The translations under genes and the position numbers were made by a program. The notes under the pieces were generated by a model that did not search any database, was not told where the DNA came from, and worked only from the letters and a program-made list of their open reading frames with translations. This document shows, piece by piece, positions 23,601 through 36,147 of a stretch of 64,000 nt of DNA (positions within the stretch are counted from its first letter, which is position 1; the number at the start of each line of letters is the position of its first letter). This DNA comes from Narcine bancroftii (taxonomy: Eukaryota), in assembly GCF_036971445.1 (NCBI RefSeq), contig NC_091474.1:209126001-209190000 (forward strand), given 5' to 3'.

Positions 23601-26600
23601 TGTGACAAAATGCTGCCTGATAGATAATGTCCCAAAATTTCTACCAGCGCAGATCGCTTACCCACTGTTTGCAATGTAGTAGATATTCTTGAGATGATTT
23701 CCCCAAGCTTCCTCCTAAGGTCTTGTGCAGAAAAGGGCCTCTTTGAGGTTAATCCTCACGTGGCAAAACATTTCTGGAAACAGTGAACATATTTTGGTAA
23801 CCTCGAAAGACACATGGATAGGAAGGGTTTAGAAAGATATGGATCTAATGCAGGGAAATGGAAGTGGCCCAGAATACCAGCTTGGTCAGTGTGCATGAGT
23901 TGGACCAAAGGGCTTGTTCCATTCTATGACTCTTTAAGCACTCATCAAGCTACAGCTGGCTCCCAGAATCATTAAGGAACATTAGTTAAACATCTCCATT
24001 AAACACACATCCTCTAATTATGTAACTGTTATATTTTAAATAAATTTCTACAGTGCAATAAGCTGTTCACCATTCCTACAGTGTACACTGCATGTGTTAG
24101 GCACATCTCTTGACACTGGAAGTTTTCCTCATCAGCTGCATCTACTTCTGCAGATTTCAAGCTTTCGACAGATCCCAAATGCTCTCTAAAACTGGCTTTA
24201 AAAGAATGTCAGCAAGGCATTCTATTGCTGATAAGAAAAACATTGCCCATGCATTTAATTCTGCACAACTAATGTTCAGTTTTGTCCCTGATAATTTAGT
24301 GCAGACTTGATTTTGCTGCTTTGCACTGTTTTAGATTACCTTAATATTACCCCTACTGTTGTATTAGCCTGCAATAATTACCTTAAGGTAATTATCCTTT
24401 ACTATTACCCTGACATCAGCCATAATAGGTCAACTGCTCCAAGAGTCTTGGGCTACAATTTCCATGAGAAATTGGCCTTCATGGAAATCTGCTTCTCATG
24501 AAGTTATAGCACAATATTAAAGCACAAGTCAAACAATAAACAGATTTGAGGTTAATTTGTCAACTCATTGACTCTTGTAACAAGTTAACTACACGTTGTC
24601 TGAGATCATTGTTAACTAAGCAGCTCTCTTAGTACACATAAACAAATGCAGTCATGTGTTGATAGATCTGGTGAGCAACAAATCAATGCTTGAGTGCATC
24701 TGCTGAATGTACAAGCGATCAAATTGGCCATTATTTATTCATGATTTAAAACAATCACTCTAAAGTGTAAGACAGAGGGAGCAATCTTTATAAATACTGC
24801 TCTAAGTTCTCAATCGGGACATTTTCAAGCACCCTTAATTGTCTGCAGCTTTTTTCTTTCCAAAAAGAATTATTGCAATCACAACAGCAAAGCTGGGAAA
24901 CTTGGAGTCTGAGAAGGACTAAGACTGGATGAAACTGACCACTACCACATCATTCTGGAGTTTACAGGGAATATGTAAATATTGTCCTGAAATTACTGGG
25001 ACAACATGTGCAGGCATGTCAAGGGCAGTTCATGCACAAGGTGGTGTGCAAGGCATGACCTGGTGAGGGTGTGTTGGGGATGACATGCAGATTGTACAGC
25101 TGAGGAAAATCTAAAAACTGCAGCTGCTGGAATACTTGGCAGCTTAGGCAGCCTCCATTGAAAGGGAAACAGTTAAAATTTCAGGTTGATGATGTTTTGT
25201 CAGAACTGGGAAAGAGAGAAAACAAGTCAGTTTTTAGTTGCAGATAGGAACAGAAGAGATGGGTAGGACAAATGGATCATCTCAGATAGGTTGAGGCCAG
25301 GTTGCAATGGGTACTAGTTGTAAATGATATCATCTGGGTGATGGGTTAATAAGGGATGTTAGAGAGGACAAACTGGACAAAAAACAATGATGGGGGGTGG
25401 GGGGGGGGAGAGAGTGCACAAAAGAGAATAAAAATGTGAGATATATAGAGGCTAGAGATAGTTTCCAGTAGATCAAAGGTACTAATGGAGGCACTCCCAC
25501 AGATGGATGACTGCCCATTATTGGCACGTACTGTGAGGGTGAGATTGTATGGTTGAATGTCTTGAAGGGAGAAATGGCAGGAATGGATTGAGAAAGCAAG
25601 TTGACTGCCATTTTTGGTGATCCTCCCATGAAGCCAAAACAGATTGGATGGAGAGTCATGAAAATATCTCTCAGGCAATCTAATCCTTTGAGCAGATGAG
25701 ACAGGAAATCACCATTGCTTGTGAGGATATTATGATAATTTCATTTACACTTGAACAAATTTGTAACTTCAAACTCTTTAAAATTACTTTACCACCCATA
25801 CAATGCTGGTGCAACAATACCATGGATATATATCTGCCAGCTGTTCACTCCTTTTCTAAATGCATATTCAACCCTGTCAGTTTGTTGTATGTCTGATACT
25901 GTTCATTTATAAGTAAGAAGTAACCACCACCTACCACACCATTTAGCTAGCTATACTCTGCCACTAGCATTCAAACCACATTTTCCAGGTCTCTCCATGG
26001 GCCTTGATTGTTGGCTAGCAGGGGTAGGTTTCTTCAAAGACTTTGTGCAGAAATTGAGTGTGAGGCCCATCCTCTTGCATGCAAATGAGTAAATAGCAAG
26101 AAGTGCAAGTGATCTCTGTGTTTTATAGCATATCTATTGGGCCACACAGTACCATTGGCCTAGCAGACAGCAATGACCCCTGCCGTACATCTTGGGCAAT
26201 CTGCAACAGGCAACTCCAGATGTGAAAGAAATTTAATCCTCCAAATCCAGTGAGGTGACATGTGACCTAATGTCAGTTTCCTTTCCTGGGCCAGCATCTC
26301 CAACACTAAGCCTTAGTTGAATTCACTCTGCTCTGTTGGGCAGGCCACTTTGTTTGCATGACTAATACTAGACTCCAAAAATAAAAATTCTATTCTAAGC
26401 ACTGCAGTTGGAGACTGTAGGAAGGAAAATTCTAGACCATGGGCTGTGACAGATGAAGACAACCAACACTGAGGAACATAATGAGATTTGTTCTCCTTCT
26501 CAAGAGATTTGAAAGGAGGAGACATTTATTCTTTGTACCTGCCCTCAACTCCCAGTTAACTGTTTTACTCACTTCTCCAATGCACCTAGAGGCTCACTTT

Positions 26601-27435
26601 TGGGATGGATTATATTAAGATGGCTAGAAAAAGGAATAGAAAACAGAATACTAATGAAAATTACCAAATACAAGTGTGTCTAAAGCATAACAATTTGCTG
26701 ACTGGACAGGATAGCTATTAGATGACAGAGACCCTGTCCATAACTGCAGTCTCATAGCTCATCATCTGTTGTACCTACTTTTATATGTCTTATGATCTTA
26801 CGTTCTTGATTAGCCAGGACATCAAAGGTTATGGCGAAAAGGCTGAGCAATGGGGCTGAGTGGGAAAATGGATCAGCACATGATTAAATGGCTGGGCAAA
26901 CTCGACAGGCTGAATAGCCTATTTTTGCTCCGATGATCTTGTGTATGTATTTTGGGAGTGTTGTCCCTGCTGGCAAACTCAACTTGTTTTGGTCATCCCG
27001 GATTGCCTTGAAGAAAACAATGGCAGACCATCTTCTCAAACTGTTGTCCTCTGTGCTCTGCTCCCTCAGTATGTGGGGGTCCAGAAATCGTAAAGCGAAC
27101 AGTCAGTGGTATAATTTATCATCCAAACCATGTGCGACCATGAAAGGAATTTGCGTGCAATTTGTACCCCTTTGCCTGCTGTGCTCTTGATGTTAGAGCT
27201 CACGTAATTAGGAGGTGCTTTTGAAGAAGCCTTCACAAGTTTTCTGCTGCGCATTTTGTCAATCAAAACGTGCATTTAAATGGACATTTTGGTCATATCA
27301 GATGATTCATTCAATGAAACCCAAGCAAGGAAGGAATATGCAGTGAGTGGAACACGAAAGTCTTGTAGTAAAAACACAGAAATGATGGAGGAACTCGGCC
27401 AGTCTTGCAGCATCTATAGGAAGAAAAGGTAATAT

Positions 27436-27467
27436 TACTGATGTTTCGGGTCTGAGCCCTTCTTCAA
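27436..27467 (-). ncRNA. Minimal type I hammerhead ribozyme-like motif in Penelope pLTR
   Basis: Minus strand TTGAAGA-A-GGG-ctcaga-CCC-GAAAC-atca-GTA = (C/U)UGANGA, stem II, GAAA, mini stem III, GUA triplet; C3 is U in this copy. Confidence 0.55.
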
Positions 27468-28267
27468 AGTATAAGCAAAGAATAGGATGGAATCAGAATA
27501 AAGACTGAAGAGTGGCAGGGGGAGAAGTCCAGAACAACAAAAGGTGTTAATTGGATATGATGAGGAAAGCTGAGAATTGATTTTGGCTCTGTGAGAGGAG
27601 ACTGAGCCAAAATGGTGGAGTCTATGTGTATGAGTGAGAGAGTTGAGGAAAAGGTGACAAAAGGAACATTTCACTGGTGAATCTGCAGGGGTCATCTACT
27701 GCATCTGGTGCACCTGATGTGTTCTCCTCTACATCAGAGAGACTGGGCACAGACTGGGAGATTGCTTTGCTGAGCACCTCGGCTCTATCCACTGCAATAG
27801 TGTGGATCTTCCAGTACCAATTTCATGTCACATTCACTTGCTGACATGTCTGTCAATGGTCTCATTCACTTCCAACTGAGAACATCTGCAAATTGGAGGA
27901 ACAACACCCCATCTTCTGTCTGGGCACCCTCCAACCAGATGGCATTAACATTGACTTCTCTGCTTTTCATTAAAACCCCCACCTTCTTCTTCTTCCCCCT
28001 GTCACCTTTCTCCCAGCTCTGACACTCTCTCTCTCTTCCCTTTTCCATCTGTCTCTTTTCACAGAGCCAAAATCAAATCTCGCCTTTCCTCTTATCAAAT
28101 TAACATTTTTTGTTAGCCTGCACTCCACCCCCTGCCATTCTTCAGTCTTTATTCTGATGCCTTCCTATTCTTTGCTTATATCTTGAAGAAAGGCTCAGGT
28201 CCAAAACGTTGATAATATATCTTTACCTTCTATCGACACTGTGAGACCAGCTTGACTTACTCTGGCA

Positions 28268-28640
28268 CAGGGGTTTTCAAATTTTTTTCTTTCCATTTAC
28301 TGTAAGTAATCCTTAAAGCCATAGGAGCTCTGCGATTAGTATGGGATTACTTAAGATGGCAAGTGAGTGGAAAGAAAAAGTTTGAAAACCACTGTTTTAA
28401 TCGTACCTAATTGACTCGTTATGTGCACCATTTCATAACTCCAAAGGAAATGGGCCAATGACAATTTTTCCTCAAGCAAAATATTTCAGTAACAATTGGG
28501 TCTAGAGCAGTGGTTCTCAACTTTTTTTTCACCATTCACATACCACCTTAAGTAATCCCTTACTAATCACAGAGCACCAATGGCATAGGGATTACTTAAG
28601 GTGGTACGCAAGGGAAAAGAAAAAAGTTTGAAAACCACTG
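28268..28640. mobile_element. Second copy of the composite hAT MITE, opposite orientation, inserted in the Penelope right arm
   Basis: CAGGGGTTTTCAAA / TTTGAAAACCACTG; flanks CTCTGGCA / TTCTAGCA (6/8); spacer is the reverse complement of 829-940. Confidence 0.85.
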
Positions 28641-28969
28641 TTCTAGCATTTCTGTGTGGTTTTACTTGGAATATGACTGCACCAATATATAAACCAGTAA
28701 TATCGCAGAGTAATGACTACTGGAACTTGAAAGAATTGCCTCATGGGAGTTGGGTCTAGAATTTTGCTCCACTTTTATACCTGATTGTTGTGAATGGCAT
28801 TGACAAGGACACTGTTGCTATGAGAGCCAGATTGAAAGCATTTCCTTGAAAAGAACAATTTATTTTGAATTATTGACTGATGGTCGACAGGGTGAGGGGC
28901 GTTCGCTAGATATGCATATTGGTATGAGATAGTGAATAAATGCATTGGTGAACGTGTATAGATGGATTA

Positions 28970-29450
28970 TAGAACATTACAGGTACTTTGACCCATCAAG
29001 TCTATGCTGACCACCATGCTAATCTAACTAATCCTAACTACCTACACACTGTTTATATCCTTATTATTTCCTGCCTATTCCTGTGTCTGTGAAATCCCTC
29101 TTATACATGGTTGTCATATCCCTATCACTTAAATTTCCCTGGCATCATGTTCCAGGCACCTGCCACTCTGTGGGGAAAATCTTGTCTCGCACATCTCCTT
29201 TAAACTATTGCCTTCTCACCTTAAACCTGTGCACTCTAATATTTGACATTTCCACCCTGGGGGGGTGGGGGGGGGGGAAATGATCTCACCTATCTATGTC
29301 TCTTAGAATTTCATTTACTTCTATCAGATCGTTCTTCAACCTTTTACACTACAGAGAAAAACAATCTGGAGTTTGTCTATTCTTTCCTTAAAACTAATAC
29401 ATTCCCATGCACTCAACATCCTAGTCAACTTCGTCTATGCCCTCTCTAAT
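28970..29450 (-). mobile_element. CR1 3' fragment
   Basis: Reverse strand encodes RVHRFKVRRQ.FKGDVRDKIFPTEW; CR1-type tail at the left end. Confidence 0.7.
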
Positions 29451-29661
29451 GGCTCGTGCTTCCAATGGCTTACAGAATTCTAATAATGTGTCAAGCCACA
29501 GATCTTTATTGCATGCTGTTCCCCTAGGTTTTTGGAACCTATTTTGACTGGAATGCTGAGTCAATTGATCTCTCATTCTGCTGACCTGACAGTGGTACCC
29601 ACTCCAGCCAAGGATAAAGCATAATGAAGGTGCCAGAGTAACTGCTTGAGAAATGCAAGGA

Positions 29662-29920
29662 TATTCAGGAACAGCTGGTACCCCTCTACTATCAGACTCC
29701 TCAACAACAAACTCAATCAGGGACTTGTTTAAGGACTCTTACTTTTGCACTTTATTGATTTTTTCTCTCTCTGTATTGCACAGTCAGTTTGTTTACATTT
29801 CTTTATTTGTTTACATGTGTACGTCAAGTCAGATTTTTTTGCACTGACATTAAGAGGTAATTCTGCCTCGCCCGCAGGAAAAAGAATCTCAGGGTTGCAT
29901 GTGATGTACTCTGATAACAC
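29662..29920 (+). mobile_element. Rex1/Babar 3' tail
   Basis: ttcaggaacagct..ccctctactatcagactcctcaacaacaaactc; same family as 30570 and 40058. Confidence 0.75.
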
Positions 29921-30569
29921 ATCTTCATAATCCAACATACAAGTTGAGGTGCTATCATGAACTTTAAAAATATCAATTTATTTATTATCTGAAATCTAAG
30001 ACAGGATGAGATCCTGGAATCCAAGATCACTCTTAAAGTCTGCATAAACTTATTGACTTGACAATGAAGTTTGATCTGCAATGTGAAAAATCAAATAGTG
30101 GGCCAACGTTGGCTGTGCATAAAACTTTCAGTTTAACATTTCTCTTCACATTTGTCATCTCGACACTTTTTTTGTGGTGGTGAAGTATAGAACAACTCTT
30201 CAAACTGCTAAAAACAAGATGTTACAAACCAAATTATGACTGCACAACAAGGATTCACCAGATTAATCCCTGGCTCGGGGCAATGTTCAGTGAGGAAATT
30301 TAAGCACCTATAGTCTCCAGAAGAATGAGGCATATGGGATTTTTACAGACATTGACAATATAGATTTACTGTTTTGGATATTAAAAATCAGGAATCACAA
30401 TTAAACTTCTTCACCAATAGCAGAGTGAATTTTTAGAATTTTCTACCTGAGGAGGCTCTGGGGGCTCAATCAGGAGCATGTACAGAAATGAGATTGATTT
30501 TTTTTCAATATTAATAGACATGGAAAAAGTGCAGAAAATCAGATACTATTCATTATGCGTAAAGCCCTG

Positions 30570-31056
30570 AGTGTAAAGCCACTCCAAAAGGTAGTGGACA
30601 CAGCCCAGGACATCACAGGAAAAACCCTCCCCACTATCGAGAACATCTATCGGGAATGCTGCCGTCGGAGAGCAGCAACAATCATCAAGGATTCACACCA
30701 CTCAGCACATGCTGCTGCCATCAGGAAAGAGATATAGGTGCCAAAGACTCATACCACCAGGTTCAGGAACAGTTGCTACCCCTCCACCATCAGACTTCTC
30801 AACAACAAACTCCATCAGAGACTCATTTAAGGACTCTTACTTGAGTTAAATAATTTTTTAATTCTCTTTGATTTGCAAAGTCAATTTGCTTACATTTGTT
30901 ATCTGTTTACAGTTCTTTATTTGTTTACATATGTGCGCTATGTACAGTTATTTTGCACTAACAATAAGTGGTAATTCTACCTTGCCGCAGAAAAGAGAAT
31001 CTCAGGTTTGTATGTGATGTCATGTATTTACTCTGACAATAAATCTGAAATCTGAA
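30570..31056 (+). mobile_element. Rex1/Babar LINE 3' fragment
   Basis: LQKVVDTAQDITGKTLPTIENIYRECCRRRAATIIKDSHH...TTRFRNSCYPSTIRLLN; ends aataaatctgaaatctgaa. Confidence 0.85.
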
Positions 31057-31347
31057 TGAAATAGAAATGTAATATTACACAAAATTGCATTTAGTCTGAC
31101 ATAAGGCAGATCAGGATTTGCTATTAGCATTGCCCAGTGCCCCTTACAGTCAGAAGTCCGTTTCATGTCAGCCCTCCATTTGGAGGCCAGCTACAGGAGC
31201 AGATCTAAAACTTAAAACTTACCTTTCTGATACCAGCCCTAAAAGGCTGCTCCATTGTCCCATTCATACCCAGAGGCGCCTTGTAACGCCCTCCAGAGCC
31301 AATGGAGGCTGGGCGTCTGGTGCTGTAGCGCCAATGTCATAAAAATG

Positions 31348-31445
31348 CAGCAGAGCAATGGCCATCCTTCCCTACCCATAATCCTCCAGAACTGTTCCAA
31401 CTGCATGAGGGAATTATGGGTAAGGAAGACAACCATTGCTCTTCC
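31348..31445. repeat. Palindromic core of a probable MITE (flanking GC-rich arms ~31130-31650)
   Basis: agagcaatgg..ccttccctacccataat / attatgggtaaggaag..ccattgctct inverted arms. Confidence 0.6.
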
Positions 31446-32436
31446 ACGTTTTGAGCTGCAGAGAGTAGCCCTGTGTGGCTGTCTCAGCCCGCATTGGCCA
31501 CCCCCTGACGCCTCCCGCTGCCCCGACAGTCCTCACTGCTCCGCTGGCGCACCCCAATGATCCCTGCTTTCCCCTCGGGTCCCACCCGCTGTCCATGCCT
31601 TGGAGGGAGAGGGGTGAGTGGGGAGATGGGTTGCGGGCTGATGACTTGCCATAATTTTTTCTCATCCTAACAAGTAAAAGCCACAGGACCAAAGTATTCG
31701 AAATAAAATTATTTTTTGTAACACACCAGTTATTTTATGGATTGGCTAAATAGAGCTTTGATAAAGTGGTGTGCAGCTAATTGTGGCAGGTGGAAGAACT
31801 ACCTGTTCATAATATTGTCCACTATGTTGATGTTTTGGAAATCAATGCTGAAACAATAGATCATCTATCTTGACAGGAAATGGAATACAATGATTTCCAT
31901 TAAAAAATGTAGCAAGTAAAAATTCAGTCAAATCTACGGTCTTGAGATCCTCTATCAAATAATGCGATGTGGTGATTAATCAAATGTTGTCAGTATATTA
32001 AATAATCATTTCTATTATAATCAAACAAATAACTTGAGTTTGAAAGAACCAGCCATCCATCTTCTGTTCTGAAGGATACTCTCCAAGGTCTAGGAAGTGT
32101 AATTTTTGCAACATCTGAGCAAAAATAGAAGTATAACCAAAAACCTATCATGGTGATTGGACTCTCTACTCTTTGAGATGTGACATGCCTTTTGTTGTGT
32201 CCATGTTGATTTATTGCTTCTGATGCAGTAAGTATGATCGGGATACTTACGGGGAAATGTGGGCATCTTAATATTGCACATTTGATCCGCATAACTGCAA
32301 AACCAATAGAAGGCTATAAAAATAAGAGTGTAAATCTGCTCAAAAGTTTGGTCGTTATAAATGACCATTTATATGCATTAATGTATCTCAATTACTTGCT
32401 AGGGCAAGTGGAGATGCTCAATAAATATCCTGGCCA

Positions 32437-32472
<36 letters not shown>

Positions 32473-32569
32473 AAAAATAATAAAGAAAAATAAATCCAAC
32501 AGTCTGAATTTTTGAATTCATTAACTGGGAAAGTGCTCTCTTACAGTATATCCCAGTTGATGGATTTGT

Positions 32570-33010
32570 TAAATTCATTTATTTGGTGATATGGATATTA
32601 CTGGTGAGGATATTTACTGTCCATCTCTAATTGCAATGAAGAGTTGGGGTCCTCCTGGAGAAGATACTTTTGGGGATGGATACCAGTGATGATGAAAGAG
32701 TGACGATGTCTCCAAGTCAGGAATAAATCTGGGTGAGTTGGAGGAGAATGTGCAGGTGGTGATGTTCCCATTCACCGTCTTGGTGGTAGAGGTAATAGAT
32801 TTGGAAGGTGCAGTTGAAATAGTCCAATGGAGTAACTGTTGTACCTTTGTTTAAAAAAAAAAGGTGCGCTGGTTGTGAAGCTACTGAGTGTCTTGACTGG
32901 TGGATGGATGCAAAACAAGTTGGATGCTTCTCCTGGATAACATTGAACTTCTTGACAGTTGTTTGAACTGCACTTAGTTGATGGTTCGGAGAGAACTGAT
33001 AGGAAATCAA
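32570..33010 (-). mobile_element. Ancient LINE 3' fragment (CR1/L2 group); related piece at ~26960-27260
   Basis: atttactgtccatctctaattgc..ttggaggagaatgtgcaggtggtgatgttccca..gatgcttctcctggataacattgaacttcttga resembles a common elasmobranch LINE reverse strand (recall only). Confidence 0.4.
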
Positions 33011-33204
33011 TTAGCCTTATTGGATTTGTCTTGCTTTTTGTGAACAGGACATACCAGGACAATTTTATTGTCTCTTTTAATTCAATTAAGTATTTTTTTT
33101 AAACAAAGTACCTGTTGAGCTGCAGGAAGTAGGACACTTGGTGCATATGTTCATTGTTCAATGTATATGACAGTATATCAATTTTCTATAGTTCAGCACA
33201 TGAA

Positions 33205-34200
33205 ACAGCGCTGTTAGTACAGCCATTAGTACAATGCTGTAGGTGGTGCCGGTAGAGGACCCATGATTCGGAGCCGAACAGGAGTGTGGGTATGACAACG
33301 GCTCTGTATACGCTTATCTTTGTGAGGTTTTTCAGTTGGTTGTTTTTCCAGACTCTTTTGTGTAGTCTTCCAAAGGCGCTATTTGCCTTGGCGAGTCTGT
33401 TGTCTATCTCATTGTCGATCCTTGCATCTGATGAAACGCTTCCACCAGCGTTGTCTCCGCTCCATCCTCAACATCCATTGGAGCGCTCACACCCCTAACG
33501 TCGAGGTACTCGAGATGGCAGAGGTCGACAGCATCGAGTCCACGCTGCTGAAGATCCAGCTGCGCTGGATGGGTCACGTCTCCAGAATGGAGGACCATCG
33601 CCTTCCCAAGATCGTATTATATGGCGAGCTCTCCACTGGCCACCGTGACAGAGGTGCACCAAAGAAAAGGTACAAGGACTGCCTAAAGAAATCTCTTGGT
33701 GCCTGCCACATTGACCACCGCCAGTGGGCTGATAACGCCTCAAACCGTGCATCTTGGCGCCTCACAGTTTGGCGGGCAGCAGCCTCCTTTGAAGAAGACC
33801 GCAGAGCCCACCTCACTGACAAAAGGCAAAGGAGGAAAAACCCAACACCCAACCCCAACCAACCAATTTTCCCTTGCAACCGCTGCAATCGTGTCTGCCT
33901 GTCCCGCATCGGACTGGTCAGCCACAAACGAGCCTGCAGCTGACGTGGACTTTTTACCCCCTCCATAAATCTTCGTCCGCGAAGCCAAGCCAAAGAAAGA
34001 AGTACAATGCTATTACAGTGCCAGAGTCATGGGTTGGAATGTGGCGCTCTCTGTAAGGGGTTTGTACAGTCCCCTCATGTCTGCATGGATTTCCTCCGAC
34101 CTTTCAATATGTATGGGGGCTGTAGGTTAATTGGGATCTTCAGTCACACAGCTGGATGTTGTTTGGCCTCAAAGCTGCTGTATCTAATGCCTTCAGCTGT
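33205..34200 (+). mobile_element. V-SINE (HE1-like) split by an RTE insertion
   Basis: tRNA-like head gttagtacagccattagtacaatgct|attacagtgccag..gggttggaat, then ctgtaaggggtttgtac..catgtctgcatggatttcctccg V-domain. Confidence 0.65.
33239..34000 (+). mobile_element. Young 5'-truncated RTE LINE with an inverted 5' segment
   Basis: 33435-33943 encodes RFHQRCLRSIL..QLRWMGHVSRMEDHRLPK..C-terminal CxxC zinc finger; 33239-33436 encodes the upstream SSDARIDNEIDNRLAKA..SESWVLYRHHL on the minus strand; TSD AGTACAATGCT at 33228-33238 and 34001-34011. Confidence 0.93.
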
Positions 34201-34509
34201 GATTTATATCACCAGGAGTGATTTACATTACTTCCGTGATCGTGGACATTGCAAAATGCTTTAGCACTCAAGTTCTGGGGCCTCCAATCGAGCATTCTCC
34301 TTGTATTACCTGTTTAATTGTGCATTTTCAAGCTTTATATGTTGTAGTTTTCTACTTAAGTATGAGAAGTGAGTGGTTTGTTGAATTATCCCTAGAGTAT
34401 CCAGTCACTGAGACATTCAGTGACTGGGCATTCATGGTCCATGGGGCCTACAATGTGCTTCCGTTTACAGTGGTGAATTTACGGTATCTTCAGAGCAAGA
34501 GATGCACAG

Positions 34510-34680
34510 GAGACTGAAGCTAAACACAATCTGCTGGAGTTGAGCAGCATCATTGGGAAAAAAAGAATAAGCGAAGATTCAGGTCAGTGTCTCAATAAAG
34601 GGCTTCGGATTGAAACGTGGTCATTCTGTTTCTCCCACTCCTTGACCTAATGTTTTCCTCCAGCGAATTGTGTTTAACTT
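34510..34680. mobile_element. Penelope pLTR-derived hairpin (decayed)
   Basis: taaacacaatctgctggag / ctccagcgaattgtgttta inverted ends, with an internal aaagggcttcggattgaaacg hammerhead remnant. Confidence 0.55.
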
Positions 34681-34825
34681 TATATATAACAGTCCAAAGT
34701 ATAATCGTGCTTAAAAGAGTGCCATCACTGAAGAGACAGAAGTTGAGGAGAATGTGAAAGCATGCATCAATAGGCTTAAATATAGTTTCTTCCCGACAGC
34801 TATCAGGCTCCTGAATGAACCACTG

Positions 34826-35200
34826 TAGTGGGGATTGTGGAAGGTTATGTGGCCTTTCCATCTGAAACATGGTGGGAATGTGGATTGTGGAGAGTCATGT
34901 GGCCTCTCTGTCTGGAACGTAGTGGGAATGTGGATTGTGGAGAGTCATGTGGCCTTTCCATCTGAAACATGGTGGGAATGTGGATTGTGGAGAGTCATGT
35001 GGCCTCTCCGTCTGGAATGTAGTGGGAATATGGATTGTGGAAAGTCATGTGGCCTCTATCTGGGAATGTAGTGGGAATGTGGATTGTGGAGAGTTATGTG
35101 TCCTCTCTGTCTGGAATATAGTGAGAATGTGGATTGTGGAGAGTCATGTGGCCTCTCTGTCTGAAACCAGGTGGGAATATGGATTGTAGAAGGTCACATG
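34826..35200 (+). repeat. 50-bp minisatellite, ~7 units
   Basis: GTGGGAATGTGGATTGTGGAGAGTCATGTGGCCTCTCTGTCTGGAATGTA units starting at 34871, 34921, 34971, 35021, 35070, 35120, 35170. Confidence 0.93.
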
Positions 35201-35284
35201 AACTCGCCTAGGTGTCTGGAACTTAGTTGGAGGTCGCATCATCTGCCAATCAAGATTGAACTCTGCCCACCTGTTAGTCAAGTC

Positions 35285-35930
35285 ACATCAAGTCAAGTTT
35301 ATTGTCATCAGATTTTACAAGTACAACCTAGTGAAACATCATTCTCTGGTCCTCATTGCCAATCAGCGGACACACACAACCAGAAATAACACACATATTG
35401 ACAAACAATACAAGATGCTGCGTGCAGGTTGGAAGGGGTCCTCTATGATTTTGCATCCCTATGCAGACAACAATCCCAGTAGATCATATCAATAGTGGTG
35501 GGAGGGGAGGGAGACTCCAGTGATCCTCTCAGCCACTCTTATGGTCCTGTGGATTGACCTCCTATCATTTCTCTGCAGCAACCGTACCACACTGTGATGG
35601 ACCCGGCCAGGATGCTCTCGATAGAGTTCCTATAGAAGATTGACATAATGGCAGCTGGTAGCCTTGCCCGGTTCAGTCTTCTCAGGAAGTGCGGAAGCTA
35701 TTGCGCCTTCCTGACAAGTGAGAAAATGTTGAGTGTCCACGATACGTCACTAGTTAAGTGAACGCCAAGGAACTTGGTGCTCTCCACTACAGAGTAGTTT
35801 ATGTGCAGTGGTGAGTAATCATTCATGGTCCTCCTGAAGTCCATCTCCTTTGTCTTGTCCATGTTGAGACTTAGGTGGTTGTTCTCACACCATTTCATGA
35901 GATTTTCCTCCTCTTCTCTGTGCACATCTG
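35285..35930 (-). mobile_element. Rex1/Babar LINE 3' fragment
   Basis: NLMKWCENNHLSLNMDKTKEM..KFLGVHLTSDVSWT..RKAQ; caagtcaagtttattgtcat tail. Confidence 0.85.
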
Positions 35931-36147
35931 ACCATTGGCCCCTTTCAATCACTTGCTGATTACTTGGGCCAGATTCCCAGCTTATTGCATTTTAAAAGCC
36001 CACCACGTGCAGCAGATCATCCTCTTTGCTCCTTGGTCCTGACTACGAGGGCTGCTCTACGCCAGGTCGTGAACTGTGGACATCACAGGAGGAGTCATCG
36101 TTGTGCACTATACAGGTATGCAGGTACTTAGAGTGAGTCTGTAGTAT

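Larger units (their letters stand above)
27350..28666 (+). mobile_element. Penelope-like element remnant: GIY-YIG fragment between inverted pseudo-LTRs
   Basis: 27691-27790 encodes VIYCIWC..C.LLYIRETGHRLGDCFAEHL (GIY-YIG); ~240-bp arms 27367-27600 and 28058-28267/28641-28666 are reverse complements. Confidence 0.85.

Noticed and set aside
33383-33993. 186-aa ORF and overlapping antisense ORFs as a novel gene
   Set aside because: Chimera of the inverted RTE piece and the RTE ORF C-terminus; the antisense frames are shadows, repeated at 59792-60307
34835-35189. Cys/Trp-rich ORFs
   Set aside because: Translations of the 50-bp minisatellite
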